Shown: positions 46,891 to 57,648, numbered from the stretch's first letter. The stretch is 64,000 nt of DNA from Myxococcaceae bacterium (GCA_052143535.1 JBKQSS010000075.1:40588-104587), one strand, 5' to 3'. A program made the numbers and translations. Notes: a model not told the origin generated them from the letters alone.

Positions 46891-46975
46891 AGGAACTTAA
46901 GTCATCGGAACACGCTCGGCAGCCTTCCAAGGCCCCCGCGTGTGCCCCGGCAACCGTCTTTTTGGGGAGGGGATA

Positions 46976-47962
46976 ATGCCATTTGCGCCAGGGATTCTGG
47001 TTCGCTCGGTCGTGGTTTTTGTCCTGATGCTGACCTGGGGGGCCTCGGCCCAGGACTCGACGCCAGCTGTCAACGACGCAACTCCGACTGTGCCGCCCGC
47101 AGCGCTCGGGATGTCCTATGCCAGCGCGTACCAGGCGTGCCGGACGGGGTGCGATGCGCACCGCGAGCTGTCGGACCTCACTCCGCTCAACTTCTTTACT
47201 GAGGGGTGGGACGAGGCGTGGGCCCACCGTCACGGTGACACTCCCGACATGTCGCTGCTTCGGGTCACTACCAACTTCCTCGAGCGAGAATTCCGGCTCG
47301 ATTACGTCTTCACTGCCGTCAACAACAACGCCAAGGAGCAGGACACGCAAGTGGGGGATGGGCTCATCGCCTATGGCATCAACCGCCGTCTGATGGTGGA
47401 GGTCGTCGGCAGCTACCAATGGAACGTGCCCCCGAGCGGGTACCCCACCGAAAACGGCGCTGCCGTTGGCGCGGTGCTGCGCTTCCAACTGGTGGACACC
47501 CCGACCGGCTCCTATGCCTTCCAATACCGTCTCAACACTCCGAACAAGGGGCTCGGCCAGACGACGACCGGGATGCAGTACGCGTTGGCGGGTTGGCAGA
47601 ACGTCACCGCTTGGATTCCAGGGCTCACCCGCTTTGGGCTCTACTACTCCTTCCAGTACGAGAACCTGGTCGGTCCGCACAAGGCCACGCAGACCCTCAA
47701 TGACTTCACCTACGTCATTTCGTTCGCCAGGACCTGGACCCCAGCCAACATGCCGGTCATCGGGGATTTCACGACCTTCCTCGAATTTGCCGGGGTGACC
47801 AATCTCGACGGCTCGGCAGCAGGCACCACCATCAGCATCACCCCGGGCATCCGCTTCTGGTTTGCGCGCAACAACTCAATCACCTTCGGCATAGACTTCC
47901 CATTGACCACAAATCCGGCGTACTCCGTCGTCTACCGATTGAATTACATCCTCAATTTCTAG
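46976..47962 (+). CDS. outer-membrane beta-barrel protein (putative channel)
   Basis: GGGGAGGGG SD. Signal peptide MPFAPGILVRSVVVFVLMLTWGASAQ. It has alternating beta-strand patterns and a C-terminal ...YRLNYILNF (terminal Phe). Confidence 0.6.
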   Translation: MPFAPGILVRSVVVFVLMLTWGASAQDSTPAVNDATPTVPPAALGMSYASAYQACRTGCDAHRELSDLTPLNFFTEGWDEAWAHRHGDTPDMSLLRVTTNFLEREFRLDYVFTAVNNNAKEQDTQVGDGLIAYGINRRLMVEVVGSYQWNVPPSGYPTENGAAVGAVLRFQLVDTPTGSYAFQYRLNTPNKGLGQTTTGMQYALAGWQNVTAWIPGLTRFGLYYSFQYENLVGPHKATQTLNDFTYVISFARTWTPANMPVIGDFTTFLEFAGVTNLDGSAAGTTISITPGIRFWFARNNSITFGIDFPLTTNPAYSVVYRLNYILNF

Positions 47963-48011
47963 CTTCGTCCCGGCTCAGCGAGTCGCAGTCGATGCTGAAC
48001 GGAGGCCGCGA

Positions 48012-48215
48012 ATGCAGCTCAGCGCACGCAACCAGCTCAAGGGCAAGGTGAAATCCGTGAAGACCGACGGGTTGACGGCCGAGGTCACCGTGGAAGTCGG
48101 GGGCAATGAGTTGGTCTCGACCATCACCAAGGCCTCTGCGGACCACCTCGGTCTCAAAGCTGGGGACACGGTGACGGTCTTCATCAAAGCCAGCGAGGTG
48201 CTGGTTGGGAAGTAG
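48012..48215 (+). CDS. mop: TOBE/Mop molybdate-binding (molbindin) protein
   Basis: MQLSARNQLKGKVKSVKTDGLTAEVTVEVGGNELVSTITKASADHLGLKAGDTVTVFIKASEVLV is the canonical single TOBE domain. Confidence 0.88.
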   Translation: MQLSARNQLKGKVKSVKTDGLTAEVTVEVGGNELVSTITKASADHLGLKAGDTVTVFIKASEVLVGK

Positions 48216-48738
48216 GAAGCACGGCGTCCCGCGGGCCCTGCTGCTGGTCCTCGGGCTAGTGCCCTGCCTCACGGTTGCGCTCGAAGCAGCGCCCAAGCCC
48301 TCGGTGCGTGTCGACGGGTCCCTTCCCCAGTCCGGCACTCTCGGACAGAGCGAACTGGAGAAACTCGGTGCCTCGACGATGACGTGGACCAGCCATGGGG
48401 AGACCCATCAGGTGAAGGGCGTCCGCGTGGACAAGGTGCTAACTCACTTCGGCTTCACCCCAGGACCGATGGGGAAAGACGTCCCGGTCGCCCAGAAGGT
48501 GAAGGGCTTCCGCCAGGTACTGGTGGCCACTGCCCGGGATGGCTTCCAGGCAGTCTTCAGCTGCGCCGAAGTGACTGAGGGGATGGGCCCGACGGTGGCT
48601 CTGGTTGTCTGGGAAGTCGACGGTAAGGTTCTCGGGCCCGACGTCGGACCTCTGCGTATGGTGGTGGTGACTGACGCCTTGCCCGCCAGGTCTCTGCGCC
48701 AACTGGAAACTCTCCACGTCGGCGACGGCCCGGGGTGA
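48205..48738 (+). CDS. small secreted molybdopterin-oxidoreductase-like domain protein
   Basis: It has a signal peptide and resembles short Oxidored_molyb-like proteins (…VKGVRVDKVL…DGFQAVFSCAEV…GPLRMVV..D). TTG start overlaps mop. Confidence 0.45.
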   Translation: MGSRKHGVPRALLLVLGLVPCLTVALEAAPKPSVRVDGSLPQSGTLGQSELEKLGASTMTWTSHGETHQVKGVRVDKVLTHFGFTPGPMGKDVPVAQKVKGFRQVLVATARDGFQAVFSCAEVTEGMGPTVALVVWEVDGKVLGPDVGPLRMVVVTDALPARSLRQLETLHVGDGPG

Positions 48739-48912
48739 AGTCCGGGGAGCCCCGCCCAGGTCCAGCCCATCCGCCGTTCCTCGACGCCCGGCCGCCAATT
48801 TGACGGCCTCTGCACGCTGAGGCTTGGGCTCCCGAGAGCTTGCGTCCCATCGACCCGGGCGGGGCTTCCGCGTTAGGAAAGGCGCTCACCCAGGAAGAGC
48901 CCCCGGTACTCC

Positions 48913-49575
48913 ATGCCCCACGCCAGTCACCTGCTCATCGTTCTCCTCGCCGCGGCCCTCGCCGACGGCGGCGCCACTGCCCCGGCGAGTGGCGAGCGCC
49001 AAGCCGTCATTCCCCTAGAGAGCTTCAAGGTCTTCACGCAGGACTCCGGGCCGGTCAACTACTACGAGGTGGTGACCGACGAGGGCACGCGGATGATTCG
49101 CGGCCTGTACAAGCCGCCTCTCGGCAACGTGGTCCTCTTTGCCGAAACCCCTCAGAAGGCCTGGCACGACGTCAAGCAGGTGAGCTGGCGCTGGCGCGTG
49201 CACGCGCTCCCCAAGGACGCCAACGACTGCGGGCCGGGCTTCTCCGACAACGCCGCCTCCGTCTTTCTCGCCTTCAAGGCGGGTCTCAAATTCATGGTCC
49301 TCAAATACGCGTGGAGCACCATGGGGACGCCGGGGACCTCGTGTCAGTCGCAACGCGGCTGGTTCTTCGACCGGGACACCATCCTGGTCAGAACGGGCGG
49401 ACCCCTCCACGTCTGGGAAACGGTCGAAGTAAACCCCAGAGCCGAATTCGCGAAGCATTACGGAGTGAAGCTCGAAGACGTCCCGGACTTCGTCGGCCTG
49501 GGCCTGATGACGGACGGGGACAACTCCCAGTCACCGGCCGAAGGGGACTACGCGGACTTCGTCGTTCGCTGGTAG
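48913..49575 (+). CDS. DUF3047 domain-containing secreted protein
   Basis: It has a signal peptide, and the pattern ...VSWRWRVHALPKDANDC...DNAASVFLAF... is as I recall for DUF3047. Confidence 0.55.
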   Translation: MPHASHLLIVLLAAALADGGATAPASGERQAVIPLESFKVFTQDSGPVNYYEVVTDEGTRMIRGLYKPPLGNVVLFAETPQKAWHDVKQVSWRWRVHALPKDANDCGPGFSDNAASVFLAFKAGLKFMVLKYAWSTMGTPGTSCQSQRGWFFDRDTILVRTGGPLHVWETVEVNPRAEFAKHYGVKLEDVPDFVGLGLMTDGDNSQSPAEGDYADFVVRW

Positions 49576-49933
49576 GAGCTGTCGACGCCTGGTGCAAACC
49601 TGTGGCGTTGTTCCAGAAGCCACGAAAGAGGCCACCAGTCCCGCACCCGCCTCTTGCGGGTCAGTGGCGACCCGCGAGTGCCGGTTTTGTGAGGCCACAG
49701 TTGCGCTGGGAAAATGAACGGGTCCGGTAGTTTTCGGCTTTTGTCAGGAGTTAACGGACGTTCTCCCGCGTTTCGTCATCAACTCTCCGCTCCGAATCCT
49801 CCCGGAGGCGCTATGGACACGGCGCTTTGCTGTCGGGGCGCGCGCAGAACTGATGAAAGCTCGGCTCCGAATGCGGTAGGAGATTGGCGCCAGCCGCCTC
49901 CATCGGGCTGTGTCGTTTTGAAGAGGTTGCTCA

Positions 49934-52792
49934 ATGGCTATCTGCCGCACCGTCGCTGCCACCTTGCTTGCAGTGCTTTTGGGCGGGTGCCCTGCGACGG
50001 TGGGTTCTGACGCTGGCGGGGCGAGCGTCCCCACGGCACCAACGGACGTCGGGGCCGTTGCTGGCAACCAGTCGGTGTCCCTGAGTTGGGTAGCGCCGGT
50101 CAACACAGGGGGAAGCCCTGTCACAGGCTACAGCATTGCCATTAATCCTCCGGCCCCGTCAGCGCAAATTACCGTGAGCGGGACCACGGCAACGGTGGCA
50201 CCCCTCACCAACGGGACCGCCTACACTTTCACCGTGGCCGCGGTGAATGCCGTGGGGACTGGCCCGGCAAGCCTTCCGTCTTCGGCCGTGACGCCAACGG
50301 CATCCGCTGCAAGTGTCCCAGGACCGCCGACGAACGTCGTAGCAATTGCTGGTGACCAGGCCGCGATGCTGACGTGGGCGGCGCCCGCGAGCACCGGGGG
50401 AAGCCCCATCACTGGCTACAGCTTTGTCATCAGTCCTCAAGCTTTGTCGGCGCAAATCATCGTGAGCGGGACCAGTTCGTCGGTGACGTCGCTCACCAAC
50501 GGGACTGCCTACACCTTCACCGTGGCGGCGATGAATGCCGTCGGGACGGGTCCGGCAAGCCTTTCGTCTGCGGCAGTGACGCCCATGGCGCCCCCGCCGG
50601 GCGTCCCGACTGCGCCCGGCGACGTGACGGCAAGGCCGGGCGTCGGTAGCGCCAACGTCAGCTGGACGGCACCCTCGTCGGATGGCGGCAGCGCAGTCAC
50701 CGGCTACACGGTCACCATCATTCCGTCAGCTTCGGCGGGCGTCGTCACCGTCACCGGGACAACAGCGTCCGTCACCGGACTCGCGAACGGAGTGACGTAC
50801 ACCTTTGCCGTGGCGGCTTCCAATGCCGCGGGCACGGGTCCAGCCTCGTTGAGCGGCCCCGTCACGACGTTCGACGTCCCGGGCGCGCCGACCAACGTCA
50901 TCGCAGTCGCGGGCGACCAGTCCGTGCTGCTCACTTGGACAGCGCCCACGAATACAGGGGGAACTCCGGTTTCCAGCTACGTCATTGCAAGTCCGCAGGC
51001 CCCGTCACCGCAAGTGACTTTCGCCGGCCCCACCTCTGCGGCGGTGACATCCCTCACCGATGGGACCACCTACACCTTCACCGTGGCGGCGGTGAATGCG
51101 GTGGGGACTGGTCCGGCAAGCCTTCCGTCTTCACCCGTGACACCCGAGCCGCCCACCACGCCTCCGAGCAACCTCATGTATTCGACCAACCCCGCCGTTT
51201 ATCTTGCCGGGGCGGCCATTCCACCGAATACCCCCAGCACGAGCGGCGGTGCTGTTGCCTCCTACTCCGTGTCCCCAGCCCTCCCGGCGGGCCTCAGCCT
51301 CAACACCCTGACTGGCGTCATTAGCGGAACACCCACGGCGGCCACAGCGACCGCGACATACACGGTGGCGGCGACGAATCTTGTCGGAAGCACGACGGTA
51401 GGTCTCGCCATCACGGTGAACCAGCCAGTGCCAGCCCTGGCGCAGCGCCGGGCTTTCGGCGCCCTAGTCACTGGACGGGGGGTCCCCAGCGCCGGACCCA
51501 ACTTCACCATCCGCCTGCAAAACCCCGTTTTAGCGGGGAATTGCGTCGTCCTCCTTGTCGACTACTCGCACGGCATCACCGTCAACAGCATCACGGACGA
51601 TGCCAACAACGCGTGGAGCACGACCCCCGCAGTCACCGCGGACGCGGGCGCGGGGAAGAACAAGACGGAAGCCTACGTTCTCTTCAATTCCAACCCTGGC
51701 GCGCAAAACTTCACCATCACGTTCAGCGCGACAGAGAACAACGTCCATTTCATCCTGCTCGAGTACTACAACGTCGGAGCTGTGGGGGTCTCGACGAGCA
51801 CCACCGCTGCGAACGCCCCTACCATCTCGACGTCGGCCATTACCCCGACGGTGGGAAGCCTGGTCCTGCATTACTCGATGGACAACACCGCCCTCATTGG
51901 CGCGTCGAGGTCGGCTGTTACGTCCTTCGCGGCGGGCCCGGGCTGGACGCTCGAGGCTGCGGACTACGCGTCGGGCACCAGTGGCGGCTCCGGGCAAATG
52001 AGCTTCTTCGTTCTCCAGACGCTCATCGCACCCGGGGGAAGCATCACGCCCACTGTCACGACGACGGGCAACAACAGCGTTAACAGTATTGCCTTTGAGC
52101 TACTCGCCGCCGCAGCTGGCACACCGCCGCCAGCCGGCATCCGCGTTCTGAGGATGCAGGACTACCTCAACGTTAACGCCAACGTCTCCACGTGGAGCGA
52201 GCCCTTCCCGAGCTCGGGGAACTTACTGGCAGTGTTTGACAGCAACGGCAACATCACCTCCGCCATCAGCGACAGCAACTCGAACACCTGGAAAATTCCA
52301 GTGAAGGGCCAGAACAGCGTCGTTTGCTCACTGAACTACGCGGCCAATGCCACCACCAGCCCGACGCTGGTGATGTCCTGGCCCATCACTCAAGGTGGGA
52401 ATGCCAACACCACGGTCACCGCCTACGACATTGTTGGCGCGGATCCGGTCAGCCCTTTTGTCCAGTGGGTCACCGCTCCCTTCACGGGCATCAGTGGACC
52501 GTTCACCGGCCAGCCCATCATCACGCCGCAGAAACCGAACGGAGTGGTGATTGTCGTGACGGGCGACGGCATCGGTCCCATCACCGCGCTCACTCAGCCG
52601 GCGGGAGCGTATTACCTCAGCACCAACTACCCGGGCGAGGTGGACAACGACACCATCGACAATGCCGATGGCTACGCTCTCTATTATTACGGTACGAACC
52701 TCGCGACGCAGAACTACGGCTGGGACATTGGAACGGGCGGCATGAGCGCCAACTCGACGGGGGTGGAGTTCGCCGTCGCCCCAGGGCTTTAG
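49934..52792 (+). CDS. large lipoprotein: 4 x fibronectin type III + Ig-like (He_PIG-type) domain + duplicated C-terminal domain of unknown function
   Basis: Lipobox LLGGC. Four ~95-aa repeats (…LSWxAPxxTGGSPxTGY…[23 protein letters not shown]). [24 protein letters not shown] is Ig-like. The following ~480 aa are unassigned. Confidence 0.8.
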   Translation: MAICRTVAATLLAVLLGGCPATVGSDAGGASVPTAPTDVGAVAGNQSVSLSWVAPVNTGGSPVTGYSIAINPPAPSAQITVSGTTATVAPLTNGTAYTFTVAAVNAVGTGPASLPSSAVTPTASAASVPGPPTNVVAIAGDQAAMLTWAAPASTGGSPITGYSFVISPQALSAQIIVSGTSSSVTSLTNGTAYTFTVAAMNAVGTGPASLSSAAVTPMAPPPGVPTAPGDVTARPGVGSANVSWTAPSSDGGSAVTGYTVTIIPSASAGVVTVTGTTASVTGLANGVTYTFAVAASNAAGTGPASLSGPVTTFDVPGAPTNVIAVAGDQSVLLTWTAPTNTGGTPVSSYVIASPQAPSPQVTFAGPTSAAVTSLTDGTTYTFTVAAVNAVGTGPASLPSSPVTPEPPTTPPSNLMYSTNPAVYLAGAAIPPNTPSTSGGAVASYSVSPALPAGLSLNTLTGVISGTPTAATATATYTVAATNLVGSTTVGLAITVNQPVPALAQRRAFGALVTGRGVPSAGPNFTIRLQNPVLAGNCVVLLVDYSHGITVNSITDDANNAWSTTPAVTADAGAGKNKTEAYVLFNSNPGAQNFTITFSATENNVHFILLEYYNVGAVGVSTSTTAANAPTISTSAITPTVGSLVLHYSMDNTALIGASRSAVTSFAAGPGWTLEAADYASGTSGGSGQMSFFVLQTLIAPGGSITPTVTTTGNNSVNSIAFELLAAAAGTPPPAGIRVLRMQDYLNVNANVSTWSEPFPSSGNLLAVFDSNGNITSAISDSNSNTWKIPVKGQNSVVCSLNYAANATTSPTLVMSWPITQGGNANTTVTAYDIVGADPVSPFVQWVTAPFTGISGPFTGQPIITPQKPNGVVIVVTGDGIGPITALTQPAGAYYLSTNYPGEVDNDTIDNADGYALYYYGTNLATQNYGWDIGTGGMSANSTGVEFAVAPGL
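50027..51148 (+). repeat. four tandem ~290-300-bp coding repeats (FN3 modules)
   Basis: DNA-level similarity is visible by eye, e.g. accaacggga(c/t)(c/t)gcctacac(t/c)ttcaccgtggc(c/g)gcg(g/a)tgaatgcc recurs near 50208, 50508 and 51058. Confidence 0.8.
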
Positions 52793-52832
52793 TCTGCCGC
52801 CGTTAGACAGCCCCGGGGGGTTAGTCCTCCCG

Positions 52833-54218
52833 GTGGCTCGGAGGGAATGCATACGGCGGTTTCGTCAAGCGCTCGTCGCGGCTGCGCTCGCCACGGCTTG
52901 CACCCATTCGAGCAGCTCGGGCGACGCTGGTACCGACGGCGGCACGAGCGGCATTGGAAAAATTAACCACATCGTCATCATCGTTCAGGAGAACCGCTCG
53001 TTCGACCACTACTTCGGCACCTTTCCTGGAGCCGATGGCATTCCCATGGACGACGCTGGCCTTCCCCTGGCCTGCCTTCCACAGGTAGACGGCGGTCCCT
53101 GCATCCGTCCCTTCCACGACCCGAACGACGTCAACGGCGGAGGCCCGCATGGTGAGGCCAACGCCATTGAAGACATCGACGGGGGCGCCATGGACGGTTT
53201 CTTGGTGTCGGCCCAGACAGGACAGAAGGGCTGCCTCGACCCGAACAATCCAGCGTGCAGCAACGGCAACTCCATCGACGCGGTCGGCTGGCACGACGAC
53301 CGGGAGATTCCCAATTACTGGGCCTACGCCAAAACTTTCGTCCTCCAGGACCACATGTTCGAGTCCAACGCCTCCTGGAGCCAGCCTGCTCACCTCTACC
53401 TCGTGTCCGAATGGTCGGCGTATTGCACCGAGGCCGGCAACCCACAGAGCTGCGTCAATGCGCTGGAAACGCCGAGCCCGGCGGGCATCGGCCCGTACGC
53501 CTGGACGGACCTGACGTACCTTCTCAATATCGCCGGAGTCAGCTGGCGCTATTACCTCGCAGAGGGCACTGAGCCGGACTGCGAGGACGACGGGGCGGAG
53601 GCCTGCGAGCCGGTGCCCCAGCTGGCGACCGTGCCCAGCATCTGGAACCCGCTACCCAACTTCGACACCGTCAAGGCCGATGGGCAGCTCAGCAACGTCG
53701 CCCCGCTGGACCAGTTTTACGTGGACGTGAAGAACGGAAGCCTTCCTTCTGTAACGTGGATTATCCCCGACGGAACCGTGAGTGAGCACCCGCCCTCCCG
53801 GGTGAGCGTGGGGCAGGCATACGTCACGGCCATCCTCAATACCCTGATGCAGAGTTCGGCCTGGCCAGACATGGCCATCTTCCTGGTCTGGGATGACTGG
53901 GGCGGCTTTTATGACCACGTCCTACCCCCAGTGGTCGACGCCAACGGCTATGGCCTCCGCGTGCCCGCGCTCGTCATTAGCCCGTATGCCCGCGCCGGCC
54001 ACATTGACCATCAAACGCTCAGTTTTGATGCCTATGTGAAATTCATCGAGGACCGCTTCCTCGGCGGCCAACGACTCGACCCCCAAACGGACGGGCGGCC
54101 CGACCCCCGCATCTCCGTCCGCGAGACTGTCCCCATCCTCGGCGACCTCAGCGAGGACTTCGACTTCACTCAGACGCCGCTGCCGCCCCTGCTGTTACCC
54201 ACCGACGGCGGCCAATGA
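52833..54218 (+). CDS. phosphoesterase family protein (non-hemolytic phospholipase C / acid phosphatase AcpA-like), lipoprotein
   Basis: The [23 protein letters not shown] signature, ...[10 protein letters not shown]..., and lipobox LATAC. Confidence 0.8.
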   Translation: MARRECIRRFRQALVAAALATACTHSSSSGDAGTDGGTSGIGKINHIVIIVQENRSFDHYFGTFPGADGIPMDDAGLPLACLPQVDGGPCIRPFHDPNDVNGGGPHGEANAIEDIDGGAMDGFLVSAQTGQKGCLDPNNPACSNGNSIDAVGWHDDREIPNYWAYAKTFVLQDHMFESNASWSQPAHLYLVSEWSAYCTEAGNPQSCVNALETPSPAGIGPYAWTDLTYLLNIAGVSWRYYLAEGTEPDCEDDGAEACEPVPQLATVPSIWNPLPNFDTVKADGQLSNVAPLDQFYVDVKNGSLPSVTWIIPDGTVSEHPPSRVSVGQAYVTAILNTLMQSSAWPDMAIFLVWDDWGGFYDHVLPPVVDANGYGLRVPALVISPYARAGHIDHQTLSFDAYVKFIEDRFLGGQRLDPQTDGRPDPRISVRETVPILGDLSEDFDFTQTPLPPLLLPTDGGQ

Positions 54219-54280
54219 CGTTTCCAAAGGCAGCTCCACTTTAGACGTCGCGCCCCGCGGGCAAGGGCGTACTCCGGACG

Positions 54281-54994
54281 TCAGTTCCGCTTCACGTAGC
54301 CTGAGTTGGTGATGGCCACCGAGATGTCGGCAGACTTCACAGCCAGCTGGATGCCCGCCGTGTAGATGGTCCCGTCTGCCAGGGCTGCCAGCCGGGCGTC
54401 CATGGTGACTGGATTCGACGGCTGCCCGAGGTACGTCCCGACGTTGAGGCCCAAGAGCTGATTGGTCGTCATATCCAGGGTGATGCCGAGGAAGTCCCCC
54501 GGGAGACGGTAGTCGCGGAATAGCAGGCGGACGACCTTGCCCGGCTGAAGAATCTCCAGCGACGACTTTCCAGCATCCTTGGACTTCTGGATGAGGAGCG
54601 GGTCCGGCGGCACATAGCTTTGGACGAGCGCGACCGCCTGTTTCATCGTATCGGACAGCTCGGCTTTCTTGTTCTCGGCAATTTTTCCGCGGAGCCCGGG
54701 CTTCGGCGCAGGCGGAGGCGTCGTGGCGATGAGCACCTTCGTGAGCGCCCCATCCGCGCCGTAGTAGCAGCTCTCCTGCTTGCGTGACTTCTCCTCGCCC
54801 TTCAGGCTGACCACCGTGGTTTGAACCCACTGGTAGCTGCGCAAATTCTGCTGGCTCATGGCGAGTGACTTCTTGATAGCGGCGACTCGCTCGCCTAGGC
54901 CACCGTCACCCGCTGCTGCGGGCTGAGCCCAGCCCCCGGCGCTCGCCAGCACCCCGCAGACAGCGACCAGCGTGAGACAGCTGTCTTTCCTCAT
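54281..54994 (-). CDS. secreted hypothetical protein
   Basis: ATG 54994 gives MRKDSCLTLVAVCGVLASAGGWAQ (signal/lipobox-like). I recognise no motif. Confidence 0.55.
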   Translation of the reverse strand: MRKDSCLTLVAVCGVLASAGGWAQPAAAGDGGLGERVAAIKKSLAMSQQNLRSYQWVQTTVVSLKGEEKSRKQESCYYGADGALTKVLIATTPPPAPKPGLRGKIAENKKAELSDTMKQAVALVQSYVPPDPLLIQKSKDAGKSSLEILQPGKVVRLLFRDYRLPGDFLGITLDMTTNQLLGLNVGTYLGQPSNPVTMDARLAALADGTIYTAGIQLAVKSADISVAITNSGYVKRN

Positions 54995-55189
54995 CGCAGT
55001 ACCTTCCCTTCGAGCGTCGGTGGAGTCATCGAGACAAGCCGGCCGAGAGTAGGCGTTCTGCCTGAGCCGCGTCCACGCAAACCGGTGGGCTCTCCGCCCG
55101 TGTGCAGCAGTCAGGCCCAAGCGCCGTCGCTTCGTTTTGGGGTGGCCGGCCGTCGACTAGGGGGTTAAGCGCCCTTCGGGAGGTCCTTC

Positions 55190-55552
55190 ATGTACGACCA
55201 CATCGGCCTGAAGGTGAAGTCCCTCGAGACAAGCGTTCGCTTCTACCGCGCGGCGCTCGGGGCGCTTGGCCATGCACTGCTGTCCCAGGACGAAGCCAGC
55301 GCAAGCTTCGGGCCCCCAGGCGCGCCATCCTTTTGGCTTTACGTGGCCAAGGGACCGGTTGGCCCGGGCATCCACGTGGCCTTTCGAGCCGTCGAACGCT
55401 CCGAGGTTGACCGCTTCTACCGCGTTGGTGTCGAGGCTGGTGGGCGCGAACACGGGGCGCCCGGCATTCGGGCCGACTACGGCCCCGACTACTACGCAGC
55501 ATTTCTCATTGACCCCGACGGAAACAACGTCGAGGCGGTCTGCCTGCGGTAG
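55190..55552 (+). CDS. VOC (glyoxalase/bleomycin-resistance/dioxygenase) family protein
   Basis: MYDHIGLKVKSLETSVRFY... and ...YYAAFLIDPDGNNVEAV. GGGAGG SD. Confidence 0.8.
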   Translation: MYDHIGLKVKSLETSVRFYRAALGALGHALLSQDEASASFGPPGAPSFWLYVAKGPVGPGIHVAFRAVERSEVDRFYRVGVEAGGREHGAPGIRADYGPDYYAAFLIDPDGNNVEAVCLR

Positions 55553-55838
55553 GCACCAGCCTTGCGTTGAAGGCTAACGCTGGGCTTCTCAGCGGAGCTT
55601 CCACTAGGCGAAAAGGGCCACTGCGCTGGAAGTGCATAGACCAGCAGAAAGACGGGGGCTTCCTCGGCGACGGAATAGCCGGCCCTTTTGACGCCCAAAT
55701 ACATGTTGAGGCCGCCCCGAAAAGCCACGGCGCGGGGAAGACGAGCGGCCCCAACGCCAGTCCCGCAGGCGCCTACGAGGCGCAAACCCCGAGGCACCAG
55801 AATGCAAAATGGCGGTGTGCATGGCCCCGGAGCGTCTC

Positions 55839-56159
55839 TTATTTGGCCTGGCCAAGGTTGAGGCGCTTCACCTTGCCCGCAGCCGTGAGCTCGAACTTGA
55901 AATGCGTCTTGAAGTCGCCCCAGCGGTCCGAATGGAAGGCGCCGACCACGTCGAGTCCATGGTTCTCTACCCGCTCGATGGAGGTGAAGCGCTCATGACC
56001 AAGCGCCTCCCGGTTGAATTCTTCGAGACTGCTGGGGCGGCCATCGTCATAGAGCTGGGCCCCTGGCTCGAAGAGGACGGACCACGCCTGCCGGTCGCCC
56101 GTCTGGAGCGCGTCGATGGCGGCCTTCACCGTTGGGTGCGTGAGTGCGTCCGTCAACAT
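55839..56159 (-). CDS. NTF2/SnoaL-like small protein
   Basis: 106 aa starting at ATG 56159, ...FNREALGHERFTSIERVENHGLDVVGAFHSDRWGDFKTHFKF.... Last gene of the operon. Confidence 0.5.
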   Translation of the reverse strand: MLTDALTHPTVKAAIDALQTGDRQAWSVLFEPGAQLYDDGRPSSLEEFNREALGHERFTSIERVENHGLDVVGAFHSDRWGDFKTHFKFELTAAGKVKRLNLGQAK

Positions 56160-56193
56160 GTCCCCGGGGTTTCCCTTTCGTCTGTTTTCAAAC

Positions 56194-57648
56194 TCAAGTC
56201 GTCCATGTCGTTGGCTCGAGCCGAGGAAGCCGTCTGAGGACTGACTGGGCGGCATGGTAACCGCACATGCCATGCACGCCACCGCCAGGCGGACTCGAAG
56301 CCGAGCAGATGAAGAGCCGCGGATGGGGCGTTGTGTAGGGGTCGAGCCGCGCGACCGGCCGGGTAAACAGCTGGCCGAGGTCCGCCACGCCACCGGTAAT
56401 AGCCCCACCGACGTAGTTGGCGTTGTAGCGCTCGAGGTCGGCCGGCCGGGTGACGTGACGGGCGAGGATGCGGTCGCGGAACCCCGGCGCGAAGCGCTCC
56501 ACCTGCGACTCGATGGCCCCCGTCATGTCCGCCGTTGAGCCCGCTGGGACGTGACAGTAGGCCCAGCCAGTCTGCTTTCCCGCCGGCGCCCGGGTGCCGT
56601 CGAACTCGCTTTGTTGGCAAAGCAAAACGAAGGGCCGGGCTGAGTGCTGGCCGCGCCACACGGCCGCCTCGGACGCAGAAACCTCCTCCAGCGTCCCCCC
56701 GAGATGGACGGTGGAGGCCTCGAGGCAGCGGGCGTCCTTCCAAGGGATGGAGCCATCCAACGCCCAGTCCACCTTGAAAGCTGCCGGGCCATAGCGGTAG
56801 CGGCTCAGGCGCCGAAGGTAACCAGCCGGAAGCACGGCTTCGGCAATGGTAGCCAGCTGTGCCGGGCTGGTGTCGAAGAGGTAGGCGCGCGCTTTGGGGA
56901 GGTCCGCGAGCCTTCGCACCTCGACGCCCGTCTCCAAGCGGCCCCCAAGCTCGCGGAGCAGGCTGGCCAAGGCTCGGGCGATGGCTTCCGAGCCCCCGGC
57001 GGCCACCGGCCACTCCTCGACATGCCCAGTGACAAGGAAGAGGAGCGCGACCGCCGCGGTGAGGTGCTGCTCGAGGGGCAAAATGGCATGAGCGGCGCAT
57101 CCGGCGAGAAGCGCCCGTGCCGGGGCGCCCTGAAAACGCCGGGCAAGGCCGGTGGCCGAGCCAATGCCTTGCAGGCCAAAGCGAAGCAGCAGCCCAGGGT
57201 GGTGCGGCACGCCGAGCGGCGCCAGCACGTCCTCGAGCAGCGCGTGTGGTCGGCGGAGGTAGGGCGCCACCAGCCTCCGGTAGCTCTCGGCGTCGCTGCC
57301 CAGCGCATTGGAGGTGGCGTCCAGAGAGCGCCGCAACAGCACCGCGGGCCGGTCGTCTAGAGGATGGGCCACAGAGGCGGTGGGGCGAATCCAGCGCAGG
57401 CCGTGCTCTTCGAGAGGCAGCTGTCGGAGGTAAGGCGAGAGGATGCCCATGGGGTGGACCGCGGAGCAGACGTCGTGGGCAAAGCCGGGGAGGGTGAGGG
57501 CAGCAGTGCGCAGCCCGCCGCCGAGGGTGGCTTTGGCCTCCAGAAGGAGCACCGAGGCACCAGCGCGGGCGAGCGCCACACCTGCCGTCAAACCGTTTGG
57601 GCCCGACCCTACGATGACGACGTCCGGCTCGCTCACGCCGCTGCCCAC
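56194..57648 (-). CDS. FAD/NAD(P)-dependent oxidoreductase, phytoene-desaturase (CrtI)-like
   Basis: DVVIVGSGPNGLTAGVALARAGASVLLLEA dinucleotide fold and the C-terminal ...FICSASSPPGGGVHGMCG. 16-nt overlap with the upstream gene. Confidence 0.8.
   Translation of the reverse strand: MGSGVSEPDVVIVGSGPNGLTAGVALARAGASVLLLEAKATLGGGLRTAALTLPGFAHDVCSAVHPMGILSPYLRQLPLEEHGLRWIRPTASVAHPLDDRPAVLLRRSLDATSNALGSDAESYRRLVAPYLRRPHALLEDVLAPLGVPHHPGLLLRFGLQGIGSATGLARRFQGAPARALLAGCAAHAILPLEQHLTAAVALLFLVTGHVEEWPVAAGGSEAIARALASLLRELGGRLETGVEVRRLADLPKARAYLFDTSPAQLATIAEAVLPAGYLRRLSRYRYGPAAFKVDWALDGSIPWKDARCLEASTVHLGGTLEEVSASEAAVWRGQHSARPFVLLCQQSEFDGTRAPAGKQTGWAYCHVPAGSTADMTGAIESQVERFAPGFRDRILARHVTRPADLERYNANYVGGAITGGVADLGQLFTRPVARLDPYTTPHPRLFICSASSPPGGGVHGMCGYHAAQSVLRRLPRLEPTTWTT

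Noticed and set aside
50027-51148. Tandem ~300-bp DNA repeats, considered as a possible CRISPR or non-coding repeat array.
   Set aside because: The repeats are in frame and encode FN3 modules of one large ORF. There are no short direct repeats with unique spacers.
55553-55838. A 286-bp gap between the VOC and NTF2-like genes containing ORF 55492..55797(-). A segment of that ORF (…FRGGLNMYLGVKRAGYSVAEEAPVFLLVYALPAQWPF…) vaguely resembles an outer-membrane beta-strand pattern.
   Set aside because: It has no plausible start or SD and overlaps the end of the VOC gene. The rest of the product is low-complexity. At most it is a decayed remnant.
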